This document shows positions 1 to 7,789 of a stretch of 45,041 bases of DNA, piece after piece. Location: the IMG/VR virus record IMGVR_UViG_2802429245_000013; one strand, written 5' to 3'. Within the stretch, counting starts at the first letter, position 1. Each line of letters starts with the position of its first letter. The notes beneath the pieces were generated by a model. That model was given only the letters and a program-made list of their open reading frames with translations, had not been told where the DNA came from and ran no database searches. Source of the stretch: a virus. Its lineage: Duplodnaviria; Heunggongvirae; Uroviricota; Caudoviricetes. The position numbers and the translations under genes are program-made.

Positions 1-834
1 CTCGCCCTGACCTTCACTGGTAGGGATAAGGTGCAGGCACTCTTCCGAACGACGAAAAATCAGACCAAAGGCTTCGTTGAAAATCCTCAGCGCATTAACA
101 CCACGGATTTTCAGTTCCCCGGTCATCAAATCACCAGATTTTTTTACATATCGCAGATCAAAATCTGAATAGATATTTCCAGGATTTATCACACTGAAAT
201 AGCTTTTCTCGCTATCAAGAAGGCAAATCAAAGGAATACCCTTAATGATATCATTCGCCACCAGCTCGGACTTGTTCCCCTTATAAAGTGGGAACGTACC
301 AAGAACCTTTCCGCCTAGTGTTAGTTGAAGTGTCGCCGCGTTGGTATTGTTCTGAACGGGGAAAACGATAATCGGGGTTCGTAGCGTCCAATCTGTACCC
401 TCATTAACAAAAAACGTCGAGGGAAGTTCCAGCGTCAGTGTGTTTGCAGTGCCACCAGCAACACCCGCAATATAATGACCGCTCTGAAGCTGCGCAATCT
501 GTACGAAATAGTTTTCCGATCCACGCGTGGCAAAGTTAGCCACAACGTCATTAAGGGACCAACCTTTCGCGGTTGTTCCTTCCTGCCCACGAATGACTTT
601 CAGCACATCACCGCTTACCGATACCAGGTGACAAATCTCAAATGCAGACTCTTTATTATCGGTAAGCGTAATTTTTGCATAGACGCGTTGCCCGTTCGAT
701 TTATTTTCAAAATCGGCAGAAAGCAATTTTGCAAATTTAGCTCCCGTGCCCGGCATCACCGGAATATCAGTCTGAATCGTCGTAATATCACCAGCCAGTG
801 CTGAAACAACGTTATTGCCGAATCCAAGAATCAT
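1..834 (-). CDS. Tail fibre protein, N-terminal 278 codons; gene continues beyond window start
   Basis: Minus-strand frame open from 834 to position 1 (hand-translated; not in ORF track because no stop in window). ATG at 834-832 overlaps stop of upstream gene (ATGA). Translation MILGFGNNVVSALAGD...DLRYVKKSGDLMTGELKIRG is tail-fibre-like; last gene of tail operon. Confidence 0.6.
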   Translation of the reverse strand, partial: MILGFGNNVVSALAGDITTIQTDIPVMPGTGAKFAKLLSADFENKSNGQRVYAKITLTDNKESAFEICHLVSVSGDVLKVIRGQEGTTAKGWSLNDVVANFATRGSENYFVQIAQLQSGHYIAGVAGGTANTLTLELPSTFFVNEGTDWTLRTPIIVFPVQNNTNAATLQLTLGGKVLGTFPLYKGNKSELVANDIIKGIPLICLLDSEKSYFSVINPGNIYSDFDLRYVKKSGDLMTGELKIRGVNALRIFNEAFGLIFRRSEECLHLIPTSEGQGE

Positions 835-1457
835 TTTTGAATCACCGTTGTTGCATAGGAATAAATAAAAGGGAGTTTTACATATTTCTGGTCAATGGCA
901 TCTTTCAGAAAATAGCCTATACCATCACCATATTCTGGTATCTGAATAGAAAAAACACTGTCCGATACAGTCACGCTCACATCAAAAGTGTGCTGCAACG
1001 GCGGGTCTATTCCGTTTTTCCCATGAATGAACCGCGCCACACGGCGCTTTAACCAGTCAATGCAGAAATGCGAACCGTCAGCCTTATAAAAATTCCACGT
1101 TAATATTCGTTTGAAATAATCATCAGGGACATACGATGCCTGCCCCGGAACGTAATTCCGCATTGCTGCGTACGGGATCGTATTGTATTCAATGGTATCG
1201 TATGCGCCGCGTGCAATAGCCTCCTCGGAAACCTGTAGTAAAGGCCTTTCAACGCCATAAATCCCGAGTGCAATCCAGTCCAGCAATTGCCCGGTTATTG
1301 ATTCCGATGTCCAGCATGGCAATGCCAGATTGTTGAGTGAATCGAGGTATTCCTGAGCAATTTCATTGTATGCATCAAAGAACGCAACAACATTCGGATC
1401 ATCTCTGTACTGCACAAATGGATAAGCAGGGAGAATTTTCTCAGTCAGATATTGCAT
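831..1457 (-). CDS. Baseplate protein (P2 gpI / Mu gp48-like position), about 208 aa
   Basis: ORF 831..1565 trimmed to first ATG after upstream stop (MQYLTEKILPAYPF...); lies between J-like gene and tail fibre. Confidence 0.45.
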   Translation of the reverse strand: MQYLTEKILPAYPFVQYRDDPNVVAFFDAYNEIAQEYLDSLNNLALPCWTSESITGQLLDWIALGIYGVERPLLQVSEEAIARGAYDTIEYNTIPYAAMRNYVPGQASYVPDDYFKRILTWNFYKADGSHFCIDWLKRRVARFIHGKNGIDPPLQHTFDVSVTVSDSVFSIQIPEYGDGIGYFLKDAIDQKYVKLPFIYSYATTVIQK

Positions 1458-2667
1458 ACTTGTTGACCTGAACCTGTGATGCCACCGTTGAAAAATAGGA
1501 ATAGGTATCGCCATAAACCAGGCTTGTGTCTTTTGCCGGAAGAACAATATGGCCGTTAATACCAATGCTCACACTGATTGTTGAGATCAACGTCGCATCA
1601 ACCAGCAATTTTACGGAGCTGGTAAAAATATCCTGGATTCGCAGCAGATTTATCGGGTGACCGACTTCAATAGAATTGATGTAATCAGCAACGTTTTGCT
1701 GCACAGCCATAGCAATACCCGCCGGATCAACATAATCATCAGACACCGTGTTCCAGGTGATTAGCACCATGACGTTTTGTGATGACGGGATAACGAACGG
1801 CACCTGATAAACGTCCGGCGAAACGGTTATTGAAACCGTGCGTTTTTCCACTGCCGCACCGGATGGATTGCTAACATCGTTGGTCAGTTTCGAAATATCC
1901 GGTACAGATTTGTAAATCGCATAAGCCACATCATACGGATCACCGCCACCAACAACCGCAACCCATTTCCCCAACGACGACTGCCGGAAAGAAATCAGGT
2001 TTTCTCGCACACCGCTTACTGATTTGAGCATCGCTTTAAAGCAATCCGGTGTTCCCTGCACACCAAACATGCCGGACTCCATGACTTCGGCGCGGTATGA
2101 TGCCCACGTTTGCGCCTCCTGACCTGGCATCCCTGCGGTTAGGTTGGTGCATTTTACAGGCTGGTCTTTGGGTACTGATGTAATGACCTGCGTCACGGTC
2201 CCTTCCGGTACAGCCCATGAGCCTGACGTAGTGGCCACACAGTAGACTGGTTCAGTCTGCCCACTTTCCGGCACCACCGTATCGCGGGAAACCGCATACT
2301 GGTAGTTACCGTCTCCAACCACAAATCCTTTAGGGATACCAAACCCCGGCAACGCCTCAAACACCACGTATACCGCCGTATTTGTACTTAATCCCTTCTG
2401 TGCTCCATAAATGTTTCCGAGTTGCATCAGTAACGGAATATTTGCGCCGTATGGGCTTACGGAGTTAATAAGGTCCACCCGCGCCTGGTCTATTAATGCC
2501 AGCGCCCCGACAGCCGTGCTGGCAAGGTCTGTAATAAGTCCTGCCGGAAGGTTGGCTGTATATCCAGGTACTTTTTCAGCAACTCTGGTGATAAGATTCG
2601 CGAGCAAATCATTGGGTGGCGTAGGCTGCGCACCCGCACTGGTCATAGTAATTGGTATTTCAGACAT
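1441..2667 (-). CDS. Baseplate J-like protein (gp47/J family), 408 aa
   Basis: ORF track 1441..2667; size and position upstream of gpI-like and fibre genes in a contractile-tail baseplate cluster. Confidence 0.55.
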   Translation of the reverse strand: MSEIPITMTSAGAQPTPPNDLLANLITRVAEKVPGYTANLPAGLITDLASTAVGALALIDQARVDLINSVSPYGANIPLLMQLGNIYGAQKGLSTNTAVYVVFEALPGFGIPKGFVVGDGNYQYAVSRDTVVPESGQTEPVYCVATTSGSWAVPEGTVTQVITSVPKDQPVKCTNLTAGMPGQEAQTWASYRAEVMESGMFGVQGTPDCFKAMLKSVSGVRENLISFRQSSLGKWVAVVGGGDPYDVAYAIYKSVPDISKLTNDVSNPSGAAVEKRTVSITVSPDVYQVPFVIPSSQNVMVLITWNTVSDDYVDPAGIAMAVQQNVADYINSIEVGHPINLLRIQDIFTSSVKLLVDATLISTISVSIGINGHIVLPAKDTSLVYGDTYSYFSTVASQVQVNKYAISD

Positions 2668-2678
2668 ATCTACCCCAT

Positions 2679-2703
2679 AAAAAAACCGCCGAAGCGGTTT
2701 TAA
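2679..2703 (-). terminator. Rho-independent terminator of the moron gene (also usable on + strand)
   Basis: A-run then hairpin AACCGCCGAAGCGGTT then T-rich; on minus strand the hairpin is followed by TTTTTTT, immediately downstream of the 2710..3456 gene. Confidence 0.6.
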
Positions 2704-2709
2704 GTTAAC

Positions 2710-3456
2710 TTATTTTGCCTGTTTCATTTTTTCCACCCTCTCAAGCATTCTTTTTACATTTGATGGAGGATAGTTAAATTCATCGCCGTCTCCAAAAGAA
2801 ATTTTTATAGGCTTCATTTTCATAACCAATTCTTTCAGAACCGCTTTACCAATTTCAGTTTTTGGTACTATAAAACCATTTCCATACAAGCATGATTTAT
2901 AAGTTTTATAATATTCACCATTAATCAAAATTGGTGGATACTCTAATGGTCCATCAATTTGCACTGAATTATCGCAAAATCCATTGCCTTTAGATTTTGA
3001 AGCAATAAAAATAGCTATTGTCCCATCATCGCCATACATCAGGAATCTATTTTTACTAACACCTTCCAGTGGAGGTAATATTATCAGTGCACCATCAATA
3101 TACCATTCAGCGTAATTCTTTGATTCATTGATTATGTTCTCATTAATTTCATTTAAAGATGAATATTCCCTGAATGCATTAGAATACCATTGTCGAACAC
3201 ATGATTCTGTTTTGCACTTCTCTCTTTCATTCCACAAGTCTGAAACAATTTTTCTAAAAGCTTTCTTATCAGCGCTCTCTAACTTTACTTTTTGATATAA
3301 AGAATTTAATTTATCATCAAGTTCAGATAATTCACTGTTGCTGCAAATTAACTTTTCAGAATATGATTTAGCTTTCGAGCAATCAAAAGATACCGCATTC
3401 GCAGTTCCGATTTGTAATAAAAAAGCAAACACTACAAATAATTTAAACTTAATCAT
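2710..3456 (-). CDS. Secreted moron protein: signal peptide plus DUF1311/LprI-like Cys-containing N-terminal domain, unknown C-terminal domain
   Basis: ORF track 248 aa; N-terminal hydrophobic leader MIKFKLFVVFAFLLQIGTANA; motif CSKAKSYSEKLICSNSELSELDDKLNSLYQKV...C...C; strong RBS AAGGAG 7 nt before ATG; visibly AT-rich relative to flanks. Confidence 0.6.
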   Translation of the reverse strand: MIKFKLFVVFAFLLQIGTANAVSFDCSKAKSYSEKLICSNSELSELDDKLNSLYQKVKLESADKKAFRKIVSDLWNEREKCKTESCVRQWYSNAFREYSSLNEINENIINESKNYAEWYIDGALIILPPLEGVSKNRFLMYGDDGTIAIFIASKSKGNGFCDNSVQIDGPLEYPPILINGEYYKTYKSCLYGNGFIVPKTEIGKAVLKELVMKMKPIKISFGDGDEFNYPPSNVKRMLERVEKMKQAK

Positions 3457-3485
3457 CCGTAATCTCCTTAAAAACAGGAGATTAA

Positions 3486-3513
3486 ATTTTACCCATTCTT
3501 AATGTCCGTTCAA
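3486..3513 (-). promoter_or_regulatory. Candidate sigma70 promoter of the moron (TTGAAC-16-TAAAAT on minus strand)
   Basis: Minus-strand hexamers read from sequence: -35 TTGAAC (complement of 3508-3513), 16-nt spacer, -10 TAAAAT (complement of 3486-3491), about 25 nt upstream of the RBS. Confidence 0.4.
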
Positions 3514-3580
3514 GTTCATACTTTACAACCGCGCCCAGTTGAGTATGATTAAGCGCATGAGGCGTCGAAACCTCTTCTCA

Positions 3581-3659
3581 GTGCGGTCACAACCAACCCC
3601 GTTAGTGTTGGATTTTTTATGCCTGCTATTTAGTGATGGCACAATGTGCGGTCACATCC
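3581..3659. repeat. Two copies of a 14-bp direct repeat GTGCGGTCACA(A/T)CC, 65 bp apart, upstream of antA-like gene
   Basis: 3581-3594 gtgcggtcacaacc and 3646-3659 gtgcggtcacatcc; candidate regulator binding sites. Confidence 0.5.
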
Positions 3660-3788
3660 CCGAACAATGTCGGGAGGGCGACGAATACAACACCCGAAAG
3701 GGGAATAAGTCCGCGGCCTCACTGAGCCGTTTCGAACCTCCCGGCTCCACTCCGATAGTGGAAATTCGAAAAAATCAGTGAGGTCGTT

Positions 3789-4358
3789 ATGACAATACAA
3801 TTAATCCCCGTTTTCAACGGAACTATCTCAAACGAAACCGCCCTACTCTGTAATGCTCGTGATCTGCACGCTTTTCTTGGTGTAGGTAAGGTTTTCGCTG
3901 CCTGGATTACATCCCGCATCGCAGAATACGGATTTACAGAAAATCAAGATTACATTTTGCTTTCCAAAACAGGAAAGCAATCGTTAGGAGGCAGAGGAGG
4001 ACATAACCGCAAGGACTACCACCTCACCCTAGACACTGCCAAAGAGCTGGCAATGGTCGAGCGCAACGAAAAAGGACGCCAGATCCGCCGATACTTCATC
4101 GAGTGCGAGAAGAAGCTGCGCGAAGATACCACCAGCACACAATCCCCTCTGAATGTTGACATCATCATGCGCGTCAGAAACGGCTCGGTTACCCACATTG
4201 AGCACCACAAATCAGGCTCAGTTATCACCACAGAATGGGCAATTCACTTACTACGCAAAAGTGGATGGATTGTCATGCCACGCGATGAACTTCTTAACAC
4301 GCCACTGGCCCAACTGATGCCCGAAAATTTGACTCAAACCGGAACCTGCGTCCGGTAA
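3789..4358 (+). CDS. AntA/AntB-type phage antirepressor-like protein, 189 aa
   Basis: ORF track; N-terminal region ...ALLCNARDLHAFLGVGKVFAAWITSRIAEYGFTENQDYILL... resembles AntA antirepressor domain; opposite strand to surrounding tail genes; RBS GAGG 5 nt before ATG. Confidence 0.55.
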   Translation: MTIQLIPVFNGTISNETALLCNARDLHAFLGVGKVFAAWITSRIAEYGFTENQDYILLSKTGKQSLGGRGGHNRKDYHLTLDTAKELAMVERNEKGRQIRRYFIECEKKLREDTTSTQSPLNVDIIMRVRNGSVTHIEHHKSGSVITTEWAIHLLRKSGWIVMPRDELLNTPLAQLMPENLTQTGTCVR

Positions 4359-4681
4359 CTGGTCCCATTAAAAAACACAACATCAATGTTATAGGTGGGG
4401 TTCTCTGCCCCATCTACCTTTGAAATTGCCAGCGATGCAAAATACCCGGCAAACTGTTGCTGAACCATGTTCACATAGTAGTCCGGGTAAATTTGCTGCA
4501 CGATGCACTGCTGCGCTGGAATGCCGTAATTCGCGTAAAACGGCGACTCCCCCAACCCCAGCTTTAACGTCTGAATGAGCGTCGTCAGCCAGCCGTAGGA
4601 GAAATCACCGCTGGCGTCTGACTCTACTGCAACCCATTTTTTGTTGCCGTTCGCGTCGGTGACGCGGCCCCATGTTCTCAT
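4334..4681 (-). CDS. Phage tail/baseplate protein, 115 aa (occupies gp25/W-like wedge position)
   Basis: ORF track; size and position between spike (V-like) and J-like genes; sequence itself not recognisably gp25-like to me. Confidence 0.4.
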   Translation of the reverse strand: MRTWGRVTDANGNKKWVAVESDASGDFSYGWLTTLIQTLKLGLGESPFYANYGIPAQQCIVQQIYPDYYVNMVQQQFAGYFASLAISKVDGAENPTYNIDVVFFNGTSYRTQVPV

Positions 4682-4685
4682 GCGT

Positions 4686-4849
4686 CAACCTTTCAAGTAA
4701 ATTAGGGTACCGGTAACCAGAGCGGTGCAAATGATCCACGCTACTGGAGTCAGAATATGCCGAATCCCCCGACATACTGCGATTATTCTCGCAGCCTTAT
4801 CAGCCCCTTGTGGGGTTGTCTCAGCCTTAAGAATCAGTTCGCTATCCAT
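4686..4849 (-). CDS. Small membrane protein, 54 aa, C-terminal TM segment
   Basis: Hand-found ORF below track cutoff: MDSELILKAETTPQGADKAARIIAVCRGIRHILTPVAWIICTALVTGTLIYLKG; RBS AAAGG 6 nt before ATG; stop 5 nt before next gene start. Confidence 0.35.
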
Positions 4850-5009
4850 TTAGAACCTTTATGATCTCTGCGATTCCCGGAAGCGATTTAGCAACTGCAA
4901 ACCCTCCGATAACTATAAGAACTGCATAAAACATTCTTCTCAGAACCGGACTTCTTTCGAGCAATTTTAGAGCTTCCACAATCCAGTCTCCTCCGCTAAA
5001 ATTAATCAC
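4842..5009 (-). CDS. Small membrane protein, 55 aa, central TM segment, GTG start
   Basis: Hand-found ORF: VINFSGGDWIVEALKLLERSPVLRRMFYAVLIVIGGFAVAKSLPGIAEIIKVLNG; RBS GGAGG 6 nt before GTG; stop overlaps downstream ATG (ATGGATAG). Confidence 0.35.
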   Translation of the reverse strand: MINFSGGDWIVEALKLLERSPVLRRMFYAVLIVIGGFAVAKSLPGIAEIIKVLNG

Positions 5010-5064
5010 GGAAGACCTCCAAACATACGTAATTATCCCTTGCCTTATTCAAGGTCAGAAACAG

Positions 5065-5096
5065 AAAGCCCCGACTGTTTGCCCAGTCGGGGCTTT
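5065..5096 (-). terminator. Terminator-like hairpin just downstream of V-like gene
   Basis: Perfect 13-bp stem AAAGCCCCGACTG / CAGTCGGGGCTTT; on minus strand followed by CTGTTTCT (weak U-tract). Confidence 0.4.
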
Positions 5097-5134
5097 CGCT
5101 TTATGGATAGAATTTAAAGTGAAATGAACCGGTA

Positions 5135-5848
5135 TTAACCCGGATTTGGTTTCTTTGACGTGATCGTGCTGTTGCCGCTTTGAACCCCAGTCACATCGTG
5201 GCTGTGACCGCTGGCGCTGACACCTTTTATCATCGCGTCGTTTTGCACAGTAAGCGGGCCAATCAGCGAAGCAGTTGTATCCTTCATCTGGGCTTTGTCC
5301 TGGACGATCGGTCCGTTGAGGTGAATTTGACCGTTCATGAAGATATCTTCGGCCTCGAGGTAAACAGCTTTCGACTTTAGCCTGATTTCTTCCGGTGCCA
5401 CCGTTACCGAGCTACTGCCGTCCTCTGTTTTGAGGATCGCGCCATCCGGACCGTACAAAACGATTTTTTGCGGATCTTCGTCGGACCAGTCCTTGTTTGC
5501 CAGTGGCACGAAAAACAGTGGAGTGAGCGACATCGAGTAAGAAAGCGTCGCCATACCGGTTCCCAATCCGGACACACCGCGCAGGGATACATCAGCGGCA
5601 ATTGTTACTCCTCGATCGCCCGGCTGTATCGGGTAACGAATATACGGGAATGTGGCGACAGGGATTGTTATCTGCGGAAAGTTGATCCCCTCCGGCAGCA
5701 TATCAAACTGAACTGTCACTATCTGCCCGCTGACACCGACAACATGGCAGGGCAATTCACGGCCTTTAAGCTCGGCTTGCTGGTTGCCGGAAAAGGACAC
5801 CATTTCCGAAAAGCGTTGGAGAGGTAGTCGTTTTTGAGCGTTTGACAT
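5135..5848 (-). CDS. Baseplate spike / assembly protein V-like, 237 aa
   Basis: ORF track; position after hub gene; Gly/Ser-rich C-terminus typical of spike proteins. Confidence 0.5.
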   Translation of the reverse strand: MSNAQKRLPLQRFSEMVSFSGNQQAELKGRELPCHVVGVSGQIVTVQFDMLPEGINFPQITIPVATFPYIRYPIQPGDRGVTIAADVSLRGVSGLGTGMATLSYSMSLTPLFFVPLANKDWSDEDPQKIVLYGPDGAILKTEDGSSSVTVAPEEIRLKSKAVYLEAEDIFMNGQIHLNGPIVQDKAQMKDTTASLIGPLTVQNDAMIKGVSASGHSHDVTGVQSGNSTITSKKPNPG

Positions 5849-6855
5849 TACACCCTCACCCAGTTTTCAGCATACGCCTCGAACACTGTCACCCATGCAT
5901 CACCATCGGCCGTCAGATACGAGCCAATGTGTCTGACAGATTTAACCATAAATTTTCCGGTAAACGTGGTCGAGTTTTTGGAGATAACGCTAGGAGCCAT
6001 TGTATTAGCCATCACAATCGACGCTGCACCTGAATATAGCCCCTCCGGTAGTTTAACCACATCACCACATCTGATATCACCTCTCATTGGGCATTTGAAA
6101 CTGACAGTAAACGGCTCAATCCAAGTCGGCTGTCCAACCAGTTCATGGGCATGAATTGTTTTAGGTTCTCCCCACTTTGCCGACACGTTATCGTAAATTC
6201 GTATTCTGTCGGAAAGAATGCTGATGGCTATTCCGCTATATTTCGCATCACGCATCATCGCTATGGATGCGTTTTTTACGACCATCGCTAACGAGCCAAT
6301 ATTCTTATAGGACGCAGCCCATCTCTCAGGTAAAACAAGGCTGTCATTGACCAGACATTCAATCTTTTTTTTAGGAAAAGCTTCTTTCAGTGCACGTGCG
6401 ATAACATCCCCTACTTTCTCACCAGCTTCACCTTTACCCTCGATTGAGAAAGGGCTTCCATCTTCTTTTTTTCTGAGCGTTGGATTAATAACCAGATTCA
6501 ACGTCTGGTTGGTGCCAATCCAGTTAGCATAAGCCAGATAGACTTCACCGTAGATGATTTCCCCCTGCTGCTCAGGGTTGGCCAGAGGCAATCCTTCTGA
6601 AAACCCACCCCGCATTCTTACAATACACCCTTGCAAGTTAACGCTCTGTTTAAGCATATCGAGCGGTAAACCATATATCGCAAGCATGGTTCCCGAGTTC
6701 ACCACATCAAGTCCAGTCACCTGCACGTCAAATTCAATATGTAACCCACACCCGGGTGTTTTACTGGTATCAAAAGGCCCGATAGGTTTACCGTTGCAAT
6801 CCACTGGCGGCTTGCCTGTTTTAGGATTGATGATTTCCAGTCGGTAATAGCGCAT
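5848..6855 (-). CDS. Baseplate hub protein (Mu P / late control D-like position), 335 aa
   Basis: ORF track; start overlaps upstream stop; contractile-tail gene order. Confidence 0.45.
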   Translation of the reverse strand: MRYYRLEIINPKTGKPPVDCNGKPIGPFDTSKTPGCGLHIEFDVQVTGLDVVNSGTMLAIYGLPLDMLKQSVNLQGCIVRMRGGFSEGLPLANPEQQGEIIYGEVYLAYANWIGTNQTLNLVINPTLRKKEDGSPFSIEGKGEAGEKVGDVIARALKEAFPKKKIECLVNDSLVLPERWAASYKNIGSLAMVVKNASIAMMRDAKYSGIAISILSDRIRIYDNVSAKWGEPKTIHAHELVGQPTWIEPFTVSFKCPMRGDIRCGDVVKLPEGLYSGAASIVMANTMAPSVISKNSTTFTGKFMVKSVRHIGSYLTADGDAWVTVFEAYAENWVRV

Positions 6856-7121
6856 TACGAAACCTCAAACTGATTAGAACTTTCACGAAAAACGAGTTTC
6901 CCCGGCGAGCAAGGCAGCGCCAGATTGATGTCGTAATTGTCAGGTGACGCGATCAACGGTGTGTACACAATCACGTCGCCAGAACTGTCTTTCAGTTCCA
7001 GGTAGTAACGATTTGCATACAGATTAAACGGAACGCGGGCGAATGTTTCATATTCTCCGATTCTGGCCGTGAACTGAAACGGACCTCGCCCGTCCGGTTT
7101 GAAAGGAATTAACGTTGTCAT
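6855..7121 (-). CDS. Tail protein, 88 aa
   Basis: ORF track; translationally coupled within tail operon. Confidence 0.35.
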   Translation of the reverse strand: MTTLIPFKPDGRGPFQFTARIGEYETFARVPFNLYANRYYLELKDSSGDVIVYTPLIASPDNYDINLALPCSPGKLVFRESSNQFEVS

Positions 7122-7786
7122 AAGCCAATACCAAACTCCTGCACGACCTGGTTCTTAATACCTGACCACGATAGCGGACCGTCTGACGGCATCCCTTTAT
7201 CAAATTTATCCAGAACATTCGCCAGCGTCTTTACTGTTTGTTCGACAGACGACAATGGTTGCTCAAACTCAATCTGCCAGGTGTGCTGAACCTGCTTGTT
7301 CTGCTCAGAGAAACCGGATGTATCGATAAACGACCGCATCAGGCAGCGCGTGTAGATAAACGAGGGAGTCAGAACGGTGTAACAACCGCCATACTGGTTA
7401 TGCATATCAAGCGCCATTTTCAGCGCCGTGAACGTCATTCCCTTCGTGGTGTAGCCACCGTCCTCCGTTGATGCCGGACGGATCATCTGCATGGCTACCC
7501 GATTGGGCTTCCTGACGGTCGCATTCGCTGCCGTTACCTGGTTATAGAAATTCAGGTTACAAAGATCCTGCTGGACTAACGTTGTCCCCGCCATCGGGGT
7601 AAACGCCGCCATCGAACGTGTGCGTATCTCGCCATGCAGCAGACCGTTCGTGATGCTTAGCCCTTCAGTCAAAACAGCAATCGGCATCACCCCACCTGGA
7701 ATTTTCGACGCTATGCCGTCAACCAAAAGAATGGGCGAGACTTCAAACGCCAGTTTGAAAGCCTGTCCAAAGTAATTAAGTGACAT
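7118..7786 (-). CDS. Tail protein, 222 aa (between tape measure and hub)
   Basis: ORF track; operon context. Confidence 0.4.
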   Translation of the reverse strand: MSLNYFGQAFKLAFEVSPILLVDGIASKIPGGVMPIAVLTEGLSITNGLLHGEIRTRSMAAFTPMAGTTLVQQDLCNLNFYNQVTAANATVRKPNRVAMQMIRPASTEDGGYTTKGMTFTALKMALDMHNQYGGCYTVLTPSFIYTRCLMRSFIDTSGFSEQNKQVQHTWQIEFEQPLSSVEQTVKTLANVLDKFDKGMPSDGPLSWSGIKNQVVQEFGIGL

Positions 7787-7789
7787 GGT

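Noticed and set aside
475-1052. Plus-strand ORFs 475..804 and 798..1052
   Set aside because: They lie antisense to the tail fibre and baseplate genes, have no RBS and look like shadow ORFs of the minus-strand coding frame.
3539-3781. 80-aa plus-strand ORF upstream of the antA-like gene
   Set aside because: Arg-rich improbable product without a clear RBS; the region is better explained as the regulatory region holding the 14-bp direct repeats.
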